Numbered from the stretch's first letter, positions 40,001 through 51,887 are shown. The stretch: DNA of 64,000 bases from Neoechinorhynchus agilis (GCA_051530055.1 CM121341.1:6116784-6180783), one strand, 5' to 3'. A program made the numbers and translations. The notes: a model not told the origin generated them from the sequence alone.

Positions 40001-40066
40001 TTCATGGACTTGTTAATGGATCGATTGGAATCATTTTTGGTTACCTAAACTTTTGGTGAGATGAAC
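34075..40066. repeat. ~295-bp tandem satellite (~20 copies), partly as a 589-bp dimer
   Basis: GAGATGAACAAATGCCACGAATTCCGGGAGAGAGGG recurs every 294-295 bp; the same variant recurs at 35455, 36044 and 36633. Confidence 0.97.
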
Positions 40067-40270
40067 GAATTCTTTGTACGTAAATAACTAATGATTTTCA
40101 ATTTGCAGTACGTGATAGTTCTGTTTGTGGGCTTTTTGATTTCGAATGGTTCGCTAGTGTGCCACATTCCACTTTTTTGGGATAGATCGATTAAATTCTT
40201 CCTGATTATTCGCTTGGTTTTTGTGCCATTTTTTTCGGTTAAGAAAGTAACGCGATCTATATTGGTGCTC

Positions 40271-43200
40271 ATGGATAAGCTTGGTTGGATTGCGAAGTTT
40301 CGAGAGCTTGGTATTGCGCTGGTTGAGGTGACTGGTGAATGTAACGACATTCTTTACGTTGATCAGTCGGTTTTTGTTGAAAATCTAAATCGTTTCTTGT
40401 TTTCGATTGATCGTGACTCAGCGAGTGATCTGATCGATGTACTCTTCTATTCTACAAATTCAGCTACGAATGATTTCCATGAAGAAAAGATTCTTCAGCA
40501 CCTGCTTCCAACTATTTCCCACCCAAGTGAATGCGTTACACTTCGTGGAAATGAGCAGGACAGCTTTACTGCTCTTCTGCTTAGTATCAATGACGTTCAT
40601 TCTGAAATGAAGGACAAACTCGTGATGCATTTTCTTCGTCTTATCGATTGGCATTTGTCAACGAACGCTGATCTCGAATTTCAAATAATGTGTTGTGCAC
40701 TGATCGCCAAACATCTACAAAATGGTGCTCACATCCGAACAAACGCTCAAGTCGATCTTTTCGTTGATCTTTTATCGTCGGCACCCTCTCAAATTCTTTA
40801 TGACATCCTTCTTGAGAATTATACTCAACTTTTCGGCTCTTCACGTGCTCTTGATCGCTTCAGCAGTCGATTATCGACGATGTACGACCAATGCGACGAA
40901 TCGTTAAGACTGTTCATTCTTATTTCTTCTAGTACACGACCTTCATTTCAATGGTATGCTCGAATAAGCAGGGAGCTTGAGCTTAGATTGGAAGATGAAT
41001 CTCTGAGTGCTGCAGCGATCTCAAGTTTATCGAAGCACGAGGAACAGAGCCAATTATTAGCATTGTTTCTGCGTCAGATTCCATCGAAGCCCAACGATAA
41101 GATCATTAAGGGTCTTATGAACAAAACTTTCCTTGCAAATGCTTCCCACACAATGGCCTTTATTTCCTTCGTCGAATCGTCCACGGTAAAACTGCGATGT
41201 ATCGACCTTGTCCTTCTCCTGATGCTCTATGCGAGAAGGCGCGCTCATCATCGCATCTCGCGTGTTATTAAACAACTTGCAATTGAATCCATTGAATCGT
41301 TTCAAAACACTATCGTTACCTTTCTAAGCGAAAACGAAATCATACTTGACGAAACCCAAATTACATTTGAAGCTTTTTTCCGTCTCTTCATACAACAGTT
41401 TATTTGTTCGTGTGACGAACAAATCAATAAGTTCGGTGTTTGGACAATAGAGGCTTGTTTGATGCATCTGAAGTCTGACGAACATCGATTCAAGCTCGTT
41501 GAACACACTAAAGCAGGAGTCGATTTTGCTTCTTTTTTAGAAAAAAAAATTTCCACTGATGTGTAGGTAAGTGATACGTGATTTTTTGCTGTTTTTTTAG
41601 TAGTTTGCAAGGTTCAAAAAAGAACAAGTGCATGGCCACCATTTCTTTTCCCTTTATTGTTAAGAATAATCGACTCTTGCTGATAGAGATAATTTGTTCT
41701 TTAATGGACACTCACGTCGAGTTCTTCTCCAATGGATAGAACGTCTTATTGGCGCAAGTGACGACGACGACCTTACGTTCCACTATGATTTAGCTTGGTG
41801 TCTCTATCACTCACGTAGGACACTAAGCGCTCTGAGAAACGATATCACAATACTACTCTATTGCAGCATTGTTCTTAGGATACCGCGATCAGAACACTAC
41901 AGGCTTGTAGATAAAATATCGTCCGATCAGAGGGTAATTGAAGAAGTATGCTCGCTTTTGGCCATTGGCTCAATTCCTGATCCTGTGCGTCATTTCAATC
42001 GGAATACGTTTTCGCTGATGGTAGAATGCTTCGTTGAGTGCACTTCAATGATGAACAACAACAATAAGGCAGCGCTGTTAGAACAAAACCATAAATTCAA
42101 TGATCTTCTCGATTTCGCATTCTCAACTATCCAAATGCTTATTTCGTCTAACGATTCCTCCTTTAAGCGCTTCGGATATGTTAATTGTCCTTCCAAAAGT
42201 AAGCAATCGATCGCCATATCCTCCTCAGTTCCGTGTCATTGCCTTTTTTTCATCAGTGAGTACTGCAGGGACAATAAGCGAATTCACGAGTTGCTGACGA
42301 ATTATTTAGTTTTGCCTGCCCAAATTAAAGACGACTTTTCTAACCATATTGACTACCTAAACTCTCTTATTTACACTATGAATTTTTTTCGAGAACAAAT
42401 AAGATTCTGTTGCAAAAATATCAACACAACATTTGCATTGGAGTTCGCCCTCGACCGAATATGTCACGTTCATGAGCTTATGTTGACGATAAATCAGTTT
42501 GTAGATGAATCTTTAAACGTAAAGTACCGTCCGCCAGTTGTCTGCCACACTCTCTTATTTGCTACAACGCCGAGCGGTCGTATTGAGCCTAGGAAAAAAA
42601 AGACAAAAAAAATAAAATTTGCTAAAAACGACGAATGTCCAACTAATTTAACAGTACCGAACGATGAAGATGAAAATACTCGATCTGCTTTAACACTTGA
42701 AGATGAGCACCGCTCTCCACTCGAACTTCCGCTAGAGTCTCTTAGACCCATCGAGCCAATTCATTTACTCAGACTTCTTTCAACCGATTATTCACATATC
42801 ACAGTTCGCCAATTTGCGTTCATAGTAAACGAACTTTTACGGTGGAGCAAGACACGATTACGTCAATTACACGGGCCCCCAATCATGAATCAATACACTG
42901 TGATTATCAATGATGAGGAGAATTTAAGGAATGTCATAACCTCGTTGGGTAGATTAGAAGGCTTACTAAGTTACCTTTTCGAAGAGGACAACGATGAACT
43001 TCAGACAACTTTAATCTCGTATTACAATCTCCTGGAAATATTAGCTAAATTGAGTACTTCGTTTGAATTCGATGCTATTAAAGTGCCTTCATTAGCGAAA
43101 ATTCGAACATTCCAAGCCGCTTACGCTCTTATCCGATTTTTGTCTACACGTTCAACTACACCTTACAATTGTTTGAAGGAGCTCTGTGATGGATTTATGA

Positions 43201-44355
43201 GACGTGAGTGGAATTTGCTCGCACCTGCGACTATCTACAAAGTCTTTGGTAAGATGTTTGCCATTCATACAAAATACGGTTACTACGGAGTTTCGTTTAG
43301 TTAGGATGCGGTGACCTTGATATTGAAATTCGCATATCGCTTTTTTAGTAGGGCGAAAATTATCAAATCATAATCTATCTGAGTAGAGGAATACTGTTCT
43401 ATGAACAATTGTTCTAAGCATTCTCTTTAAATCCAACGCTTGTCCAACGAAGCACAACCCATGGCGGATTTACGCAAGCGACGCCTAAATACACCTTTAC
43501 TCGTTATTGACTTTGTATTTTAAGAAGTTTGAAAGAGACGAATATAATAAAGCGATTAAGTGCGTGCTGTCTACTCGGTTACATCTCACGCCCAATACTT
43601 ATGATATCGAAGAATTGGATCGTATCATCACGTTGGAATCATCAAATTCGTTTATTCCTGTCAGCATATCAGCATCTCCGTCTGTCTTGGATAGTACTTC
43701 CTCGCTTTTGATCACAATGACTAATTCCGCTTCGACAACACGAAGAGCTATTTTTGAAACCCTACTGTCTGCACTTGTTAGTATCTTGAATGCTACCTCA
43801 ACTGCAGATATCTTATTTTGGAAACGTACCGTTCAAATGTATAGTCGAATTGTTATCGCCTGTATGCAATGCCCAAACGTTGAATTCCAACAGTCTCTGA
43901 TTATAGCACTGTTTAAACATTCCTACCTAAAAGATATTATGAAGTGTTTTCTTAAACTAATTCCATCGGTCCAGTCTGAGATGAGGATGGGGACAGAAGG
44001 CCGTCGAAATGCTGTCGAAGTTCTTAAATTGATCCAGCCTCCCAATCGATACATACAACATGCATGCTCTCATTTGAAAGTAAAGGCGGCCGATTTTGCG
44101 GCAACTAAGAACATTCCCGTGATCAAGGCTGATCTTGAAAAGATCATCTTTGCAGTTCAGCGAGTTATTAGACAACATGGCCTTCAAGATGCATTTTCGT
44201 GTGGCCAGCTAAAGGCTCGTGATATACAGGGAAATGAAATCGAGTCCCAGACATTCATTGGGGATGAAAATGATGAAAATGTGGATTCGTCAGCTAAAAT
44301 GAATGAGAAGATGGACGATTGTCAAGCGGAAAAATTCTCGCCTTTTGACACTTAG
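40271..44355 (+). CDS. FANCD2: Fanconi anaemia group D2 protein (divergent); probable GT-AG intron 41567-41686, apparent 1-nt frameshift at the A9 run 41541-41549, second junction (~43250-43520) unresolved
   Basis: N-terminal NDILYVDQSVFVENL resembles FANCD2 NQLAVDQIAFQKKL. C-terminal ILFWKRTV, RYIQHACSHLK, KADLEKIIFAV and AFSCGQLKARDIQGNEIESQ match the conserved FANCD2 tail (AFWLGNLKNRDLQGEEI). Confidence 0.85.
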
Positions 44356-45551
44356 AGTTTCAACCATTTTTGATTTCGGCAAAAAAAGATTTCATTGATC
44401 AACTAAGGTTGGATGAGGTCTCCTTCATAAAAAACATTTAGAAATGCATCCTTTTAAATCAGCCGACATTTTATATCGTCAACTTCCATCAGATATATTT
44501 GAGATTGCTCCAGGAGTTGTGCTATTCGTTCCAACTTAGTTCACAACTTACCCAGGTCGCTTTCACCATTTTCTAACCGTTTAGATGCAATTTTTAATGT
44601 AATAGGTGAAGATATGAATCGTCGTAATTACATTGGATGTTAATTGACCATATGCGGTCGAAGAAAGCACAAAAGAGTGACAGCGCGGTAACGAATTTGC
44701 ATCTATTGATCGCTCCTTCCGATCCTTGACTGTCGGAATTGAGCCGTGTGTCTCGATCCATAAATCGAAGTTTACCGGACACACGAGTGAGTTCATCGAC
44801 TGTAGAAATGAAGGGTCCTTTAGGACTCGACTCGCATTTGTTTAAACCCGCAATTATTGCAACTCTAAAGACGGCGACAATTAATTACGATCAATTAGAA
44901 GGCAGCGAGTGATATTTGCTATGGTTTCAGGCAGCGAATCGACGCCAGAAGTGTTTCGGATCCTATTTTGTCATACTTTTCCCTCAGGCGCAATACCTTT
45001 AAAATTTATCCCCTAAAATGCCTACGCCATTTATGAATTCCATTCGCCCGCTCTCCAAATTTTACTAGTTTTCTCTTACCTTCCTCCCTCACCTGCGGGT
45101 ATCCTGTCTTTTGCAACCTATCCCAATCACAAATCCGTCGTCTTGAAATGTTTCATAAAAGAGCATCTAAAATTTGCACAGCTGATTTTCCTTCGCTCTT
45201 ACCGAATGCCTTTATAAGATTTTCAACGAACAATCAAAACGCCTCTCAATGTTCCTTTTTTCTGCATGAGCACAACACGTAATCCTAATTTGTTTCATTC
45301 TCCCACGCACCTCCGCTACTTTTTTCACACCTCCAAATCTTCTCTCGGATATCAAGACCCGAAATGGACCTGAGGAAAGATCCAACCTAGCAAACTCTCC
45401 TCGACACGAACAACCATCCACTTTCCACACTCGACCGGACCGGTCATTCACATCTATCTTATTGTTCGAGTGTTCACGAGTACCCAGAGGTGCATGGTTC
45501 CTCTACTTTTACAAAATAAAAAGCGTTATTGTAATGGGGAAGGAACTAATT

Positions 45552-45924
45552 CTATGGTACGAAGAAACTCTTGCTCAAAACTAAGATGGCGCGACTCAAA
45601 AGGTCAGTCAACTGTGTACTGATGTGTGCAGTGGTATGGTCGGCGTATAGGAATGTATTCATGGTCGTCCTCTTGGAGAAGCTCCCGTGTTCAATGTTCG
45701 GGGCGTCATAGTCATCGTACTGCTGCGGTTTGAATCCGAGTCGCTGGAGTCCAAGTGCCGTATCTTCTAAGCAGAGGATTGCGGTAAATTTTTTGGCTTA
45801 ACTAAAATGTTGTTTGGCCGACATGCCACAATCGCACAACTGGTTGACGCACAAGAACTTTTGATGTGATTTTAAACCTTAGAAGACGCGACCAGCGAAC
45901 CTGGTAAATAATTCTGATTTCCAT
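45552..45924 (-). CDS. Small spliced gene, weakly Mediator subunit MED20-like; hairpin-bounded intron ~45767-45887; may continue leftward
   Basis: ATG at 45924, then MEIRIIYQVRWS/QDTALGLQRLGFKPQ...TFLYADHTTAHISTQLTDLLSR, loosely resembling MED20 from memory. Confidence 0.35.
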
Positions 45925-46009
45925 CTACGATGGTAGTTTTATATCCAAATTGCTCCTAAATTATCAACCTCGCTTTATTAAATAGTAAAGCATTTCGTTT
46001 ACAGAATAG

Positions 46010-49000
46010 TTAAATCAGCTTAGTCTTGGTTTCTTCAATTAATTCATCCTCTTTAAAATTTATCCCTTGTTTGGCGATTTCTTCACCGCATTTGTCAACA
46101 TTCTGGTCTTTATTTCCAACGTGCCGTGGTTCAATAAACTTTAGAACTACTGGTAAAAAGACCAGCCCGTGCGCTGCACAAGTCATGATTACAATGATAA
46201 ACATTCTAAAGTAGAAAACTTGGAGGATCTGACTTTTCGAGAAGGCCAACACGATGATTCCACAGATTTTGGTCAGCGTAATACCGAAGAGAACACTTCG
46301 TCCGGCGTGCATCAGGGCGTGCTTTGCCGACTTTTTTTTGTAATATTCGCGTATCATATGGACGCTAAATTCAACTGATATTCCCAAGCACATGACTATG
46401 TTGACGAGTGAGATGGCATTAAGTTGAATATTAGAAAGGTACATGAGTCCACCAACGTCCACGATGATCATTGACATGAGCATCACAATAAGCGAAGCCA
46501 TGTAGAAACTCTTGAACCCGACCAGACAGACAACAAACACAGTGATTACGGCTAAACTGACACTTACGAAAGCCGTGTGCCATATTGAAAGGTACTGTTC
46601 GTAGAAGGCGTATACAGGACTGTACACTAATAAGTGAATTCCCGCGGAATTAGCAGCACTGGATGCCGAAAACTGCTCACATATCCGAGATGTCTCTTTT
46701 AAAGCAGAAATAAACTGCGACGATCCTACAAGTGGCTTATGGTAGCCGAGAAAGTAGAAGCTATCTGTTCCGAAGATTGTGCGTGATCGAGACATAACGT
46801 GGGTTTCAATTTAAACATCGAGAATAGAACATGCCAAGGACAATTAGAAGCTTAGACGAAGAATATCAATGAAGTTTTTGGGTTGCCGCCAGATTGATTA
46901 CGTGGTAGGCAGTGGTTTCTAGGAGAACAACTACCTGTGAAGAACGCCCTTATCTGTTTTAATCTCCACTTTAAATACCAATACAAATCAATTTCTGGCG
47001 GTGTAATATCAATTAAAGTACACAGAAATAGCTACAAATTTCAACTGACCACAAGAACAATAAAGTATGTGACGAAAGTTCATTTCCCGCCTCGCGCGCA
47101 CAATCGTCTGGACTACTAAGTTGCTTGAGTTATCCACAAACTTAATCGCATTTCTGTATAGTGGCCCACCGTGGAGAGTACACTCCTTATCTGGGTCCAA
47201 ATTGAGAAACTTTCTAAGATGCATAATATTCATGACCGATCCGTTCGTTGAACATGGGGATCCATCTTCATTTTGGCAGCAATTAACATCAGCGAGCCAA
47301 ACCATGTAATCGTCGACCCAAGAATACGTACTTGAAATTAATTTGCTATCGTTACTCATAGCCGCCAAAGAAATTAGGTTCATTAAAGAATCCATATTGC
47401 ATCCCGATGATCCGCATACTGATCGAGTCAGTGTCATGTCTCTAAAATTTAGGCCTGAGCTATTGGGTTTTCGTTGAACAATCCAGTAGATCGGGGGGCC
47501 TACTCTCAACTCTCGTTCCATATCAGTCAGGTAATTTTGGACATAAGAATCCCGCGGAACACTGAGTTTGACGTCAAATCCAATTTTTATTTTTTGAAGA
47601 GCAAGACTGCTGAGAAATGAACACAGGAGAAAAGTTACAACAACCATCAATCTTAGGATTTGCGATGTGCGATGTTCGCCTACAAGAATGCAGGCATATC
47701 GTTCCAACCACCTTTTACTTCCTCGTGTTTCACTTGTTGCCCGACTGATAGCAGGAAGCATTTTCAGTAATAAAGAAATAACGGACACCAAGGCCGTGAG
47801 CTGAAGAACAACATCGAATAAAAGCGCCAGAGAGCCATAAAGACTAAACATCCCAACAGCAGGGACATTGATAAAAAAAGAAGCAAGCATGAACGTCGCA
47901 ATTTCCGCGGTACTGGTTAAACTAATAGCTGGGCCTGCTTCGATTAATACATTCCCCATCAATGATAAAGCGTTAGACGACTTATAATGTTCCTTAACGG
48001 TTTCTGCTATTATGAAGATGTTATCTACTCCTATCGCCAAAACAAGGAATGGTGTAGCTTCGAAAACGATCAAACAAGTTGGCATGCGAGCATATGCTAG
48101 AGCGCCAACGCTCGCAGACAATGATGCGATAACAAATCCTATACCTATAAATGATAGACCAATCCGATATCCATATCGCTTCCATTTGGAGTTGTCGATA
48201 GCCGGAACAGGTAGAGTCGCTATAACATAAGCGAACATTATAATGTAGCTGAGACCAACCGGCAGTGCATCTGATCGACTATTTTTTTCGATCTCATCCT
48301 CGATAGAGCGATCACTTATAAAGCTTATGCGAAAAGAACTATTTTCAGAGGAAAATGTTTGCATTCGTCTGATAAAGTTCTTCTCCCATAGCAACACTCG
48401 ACTTCGATCTTCCTTACGACCACTAAGAACAATCGTGATGATCGTGCTTGTGGCACTTTCGAGGGGAGAGTTTCTATTTTCGCTGGTATTATATCCACCG
48501 AGTATCATTGAAGGAGACTGTGGGCCTCCGAATGGAGCCAGGCATGATGCTCCGAGCGCTCGAGTATTCATTGAGGTAGGTGAAAGAACACATTCACTTA
48601 TATGAGCCATGTATTTTTTTGGTGTATCAACTCTTTTGGGCAGATAATTGATGAGTGAATAGACCAGACATTCTCGGTTTTTAAGGGGCCTGAAGCACAC
48701 CGACTCTAGATCGTTTGTACGAGTCACCAATTCTGTTAAAGTTTGAACGTATTCAACGAGTTTTTCGCTAAATAGTTTTTCTCGTTGACTAGGCATGACA
48801 ATGATCTGGCATATTCGATGGAATGAACCAAAGTTTGGATCAAACACACGCTCCTTGACCAATCTATGGTAACTTTGAGGAGCTGACCAGAGTTTAAGTG
48901 GATCAATGCTCACTTCATAGTGTAGAATTCCGGCGCTCATAATAGCAATCAATGTAGCATTAATCAATATAATATACATGGGGTATTGCGTACACGTGCG

Positions 49001-50634
49001 TCCAACAAATTGCCAAAATGTGTCCAGATATGAATCAATGGTGACGAAGGAAGGTAGATCAAAACAAGGAGCTCGTTTTTGTTGCAATTTAAGAAGTGCG
49101 TAGAGTATGAATACAATGATTAGACAGAATCCATAAAACACGGTGATGTTGACAGTGGTCAAAAACGAAGATTGTTTGGTTTGATCTTTGGTCCTCACAA
49201 CCGTATGACATGATTCCAAACAGTCAGTGCAGCTGCATGGAGACTCTTTCTCGCTTATACTTTCGTTACAGCTATAAGCTCGTGCGTAAGTGGTCGAAGG
49301 GAAAGGTATGATAGGCGGTGAACCAAATATTCCCGATAAACGCGTCGTGTTTTCCAGGACGAAATGAAGATCGAATGACGCTGTTCGACTCCCATGACCA
49401 ATATAATCTAGCATTGCCTGGACATTGCAGTTAGCTAATGATTTGGTGTTACAAAGAAGTTCCATTGCTCGTGAACCGGATTGAGCATGAATAACGTTTT
49501 TACACGAATTGAACAAGCGTTCAGCGTATTCCTTAGGAGCGAGCTGTGAGTAAAGCAGTCAGAGTGAATTTGGTCCGATTACAATCTACATTGTGCAACT
49601 TAAAAACCATGTGATGAAAACCATCATTTTGTTTCAAAACCGAGAATAAATGTAACCGGATGATCAGACTTAAAATAATAATTGCGCTAAGCCAAAAAAA
49701 CTGACAAAGTTTGTACATTCCGCGGTAGTTGTGCCGGGGCGATTTAATAAAACTTGATCCCAGCCAATCCCTGTTTAAGTGAGTTGAAAGGGTTCAAATC
49801 AGCGAACGTTAATGACTCAAAAACAAAAGGGACGAAATAATTCGTTGAAAGGAGGAGGAGACTCACTGATGAGTTCTGCCCCCCCTCGGGAGATATCTGA
49901 GGATCCGGAGTGTTGAGTAGTAAAAAACTCTTTACCACGTCCTATGGTTCAGCAGCAGCAGCAGCAGCAGCAAGGTATAAAGTGTGTGTGATTCTATGCG
50001 CTTTTTCCCAGACGAATGAATCGGTGGGTTGTGTGCCTAAAAGGAAAAAATTACCAGCCATGAAAAAGGCGTTCATCACTAACGACTTCCTGGAGTGTTC
50101 ATATATGGCACGTGATCGAGTTAGCGACGATAAGTAACGATCTCATTTTTTGAAACCGAATGTAGGGTTCCTATTAAGATATATCTGAAAAAAATTCGCC
50201 CATAAACATTCGGGCCCTCAAAGCTCGTGGTTCATATCAACGTACATATAGGCGATTTCGACAAACCGTAGATCATCTTGAAATGACTTTGTTCTAAAGA
50301 ATTCAGATTGTTGCGGTGAACAGGTGAGATAACAGAAGAGCTGCCTAAAGTTCCGCACACAAGCAGGACATCTTCCTATAATCTGCGTTAAGAGCCTTAA
50401 TCGACCATTGAGACTGTGAACTTGCTCCAGTGTACAACAAACGAAGTCCTTGTTGAGAAACTGACAATGCTCTTCCAGAAGCGTTGACAGCATTCCAGTT
50501 GCTGGATGAGGATCGCTGAAATTGGACATGAGTGGTCGAACCATGTCCACTATCTTTTCTCCCTTCATCGTACATTTGTTGGAAACAAGCAAGGGAAGCA
50601 ACGTCATAATCGAAAACATAGACTGCAACGACAT
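46010..50634 (-). CDS. NPC1: Niemann-Pick C1 sterol transporter; three coding segments separated by interruptions at ~49544-50241 and ~46765-47113
   Basis: Signal peptide; Cys-rich N-terminal domain (CC...RCPACVRNFRQLFCYLTCSPQQSEF; FNSCKNV); LWSAPQS; sterol-sensing domain (PFLVLAIGVDNIFII); YVGPP-like RVGPPIYW; C-terminal LNAISLVNIVMCLGISVEF and HGLVFLPVVL. Confidence 0.95.
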
Positions 50635-51324
50635 TCTTCACATATAAAAACGGCGATAGCAATCATTAACCACAATCCATGAAACCACACATTGCCCTTC
50701 CCCAAATGGAACAACGACGATCAAACGAAAACACACGCAAACTTCAAATATTCCCCTGAAAAACATACAAACCAACGTACTGCGAACCCAAAAACAGCAC
50801 AGCGCTGAAAGAATCGCTACTGCAGAAGTCGACATTAAGTAGTAGAGACGGACACAACATTGTTCAACTGATAGTTTAAGTGAACAACTCCAATAAACGA
50901 ACGTAATCGTTTACTTCCCGCTCGACTCGAACCAGTCGGACTCTCCCGGGACGAAGCGAATCTCCTCCCATGGTGTTCCGGGAAAATACAAGTTTGGGAT
51001 TTTACTTGCCCCAACACGCTTGCAGCGTCCCACTTGTGGAATACCACTTCAAAGTCGGGAGCAGTCGCCAGCCTCAGTGGAGAAAAGAAGCGGTCGGAAA
51101 AGAAGCCGATTATTTCCTTTCTCGGCTGGGAAAGATGCTGAAATATGCCACCGGCGATTTGTATATCCCTCAGGATTCTCAGATACCTCCAGGAAGCGGG
51201 ACTCATCAGTGGATTTCCTCCCTTCAGCAGTATTTCGTCCCCTTGGAGCATTAGTCCACTTGACCACATCAGCACACTGCGGAATGTACAAACTTCGCCA
51301 CTTAAGCCTGGATGAGCTTTCCCA

Positions 51325-51501
51325 TTTTTTATAGAATTTTTTTATATGTGGCACAGCCCGTAGTCCTGATAGATATTTTTTTCCATACACGGCCGAACCA
51401 GACCAAAAATCGGTGGACTGTGTGCCCATTCGGCCGTGCATGGAAAAATATCTATAAAAAGACTACCAGCTGAGCCAAATATAAAAAAAATTGTAAAAAA
51501 A
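51325..51501. other. ~175-bp foldback (MITE-like element or hairpin RNA)
   Basis: The inner arm ATAGATATTTTTTTCCATACACGGCCGAA pairs with TTCGGCCGTGCATGGAAAAATATCTAT; the outer arm TTTTATATGTGGCACAGCCCGTAGTC pairs imperfectly with GACTACCAGCTGAGCCAAATATAAAA. Confidence 0.8.
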
Positions 51502-51539
51502 CATTGCTTCCACCGATTTTAAAAGTGTTCTTCTTTCGC

Positions 51540-51887
51540 CGTAACAATCAGCGCTAGTTAATAAAATTAACTTCTCTAAAACTTGACCGCTGGTTTCCAA
51601 GTAGTGTCAGTGTAGTCCATTTCGATCCGCTGATTCCAAATATTGTCTTCTTTTCCCCGTAAATATCACGGTTCATGAGATCTATGAACTTCGCTTATAC
51701 TTGACGGCTGGTCTTTGAAGTAGTGTCCGTCTGGTCCATTTTGATCCACTGATTCCAAATATCGTCTTCTTCTCTCCGTAGCTTCCACGGTCCATGAGAT
51801 ATATGAACATTCCTTCAACCTGGCCGTTGGTCGTCGAAGTAGTGTCCGTCTAGTCCATTTTGATCAACTGATTCGAAATATGGTATT
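51540..51887. repeat. ~119-bp satellite, left part (~3 units)
   Basis: GTAGTGTC at 51601, 51720 and 51839; same family as 60575-61296. Confidence 0.88.

Noticed and set aside
40091-40270. N-terminal 60 hydrophobic residues as part of FANCD2
   Set aside because: FANCD2 similarity begins near ATG 40271; the upstream T-rich stretch looks like UTR or promoter.
50835-51441. Overlapping 94-146-aa ORFs upstream of NPC1
   Set aside because: No recognisable domain, and several frames are open on both strands, so none can be supported.
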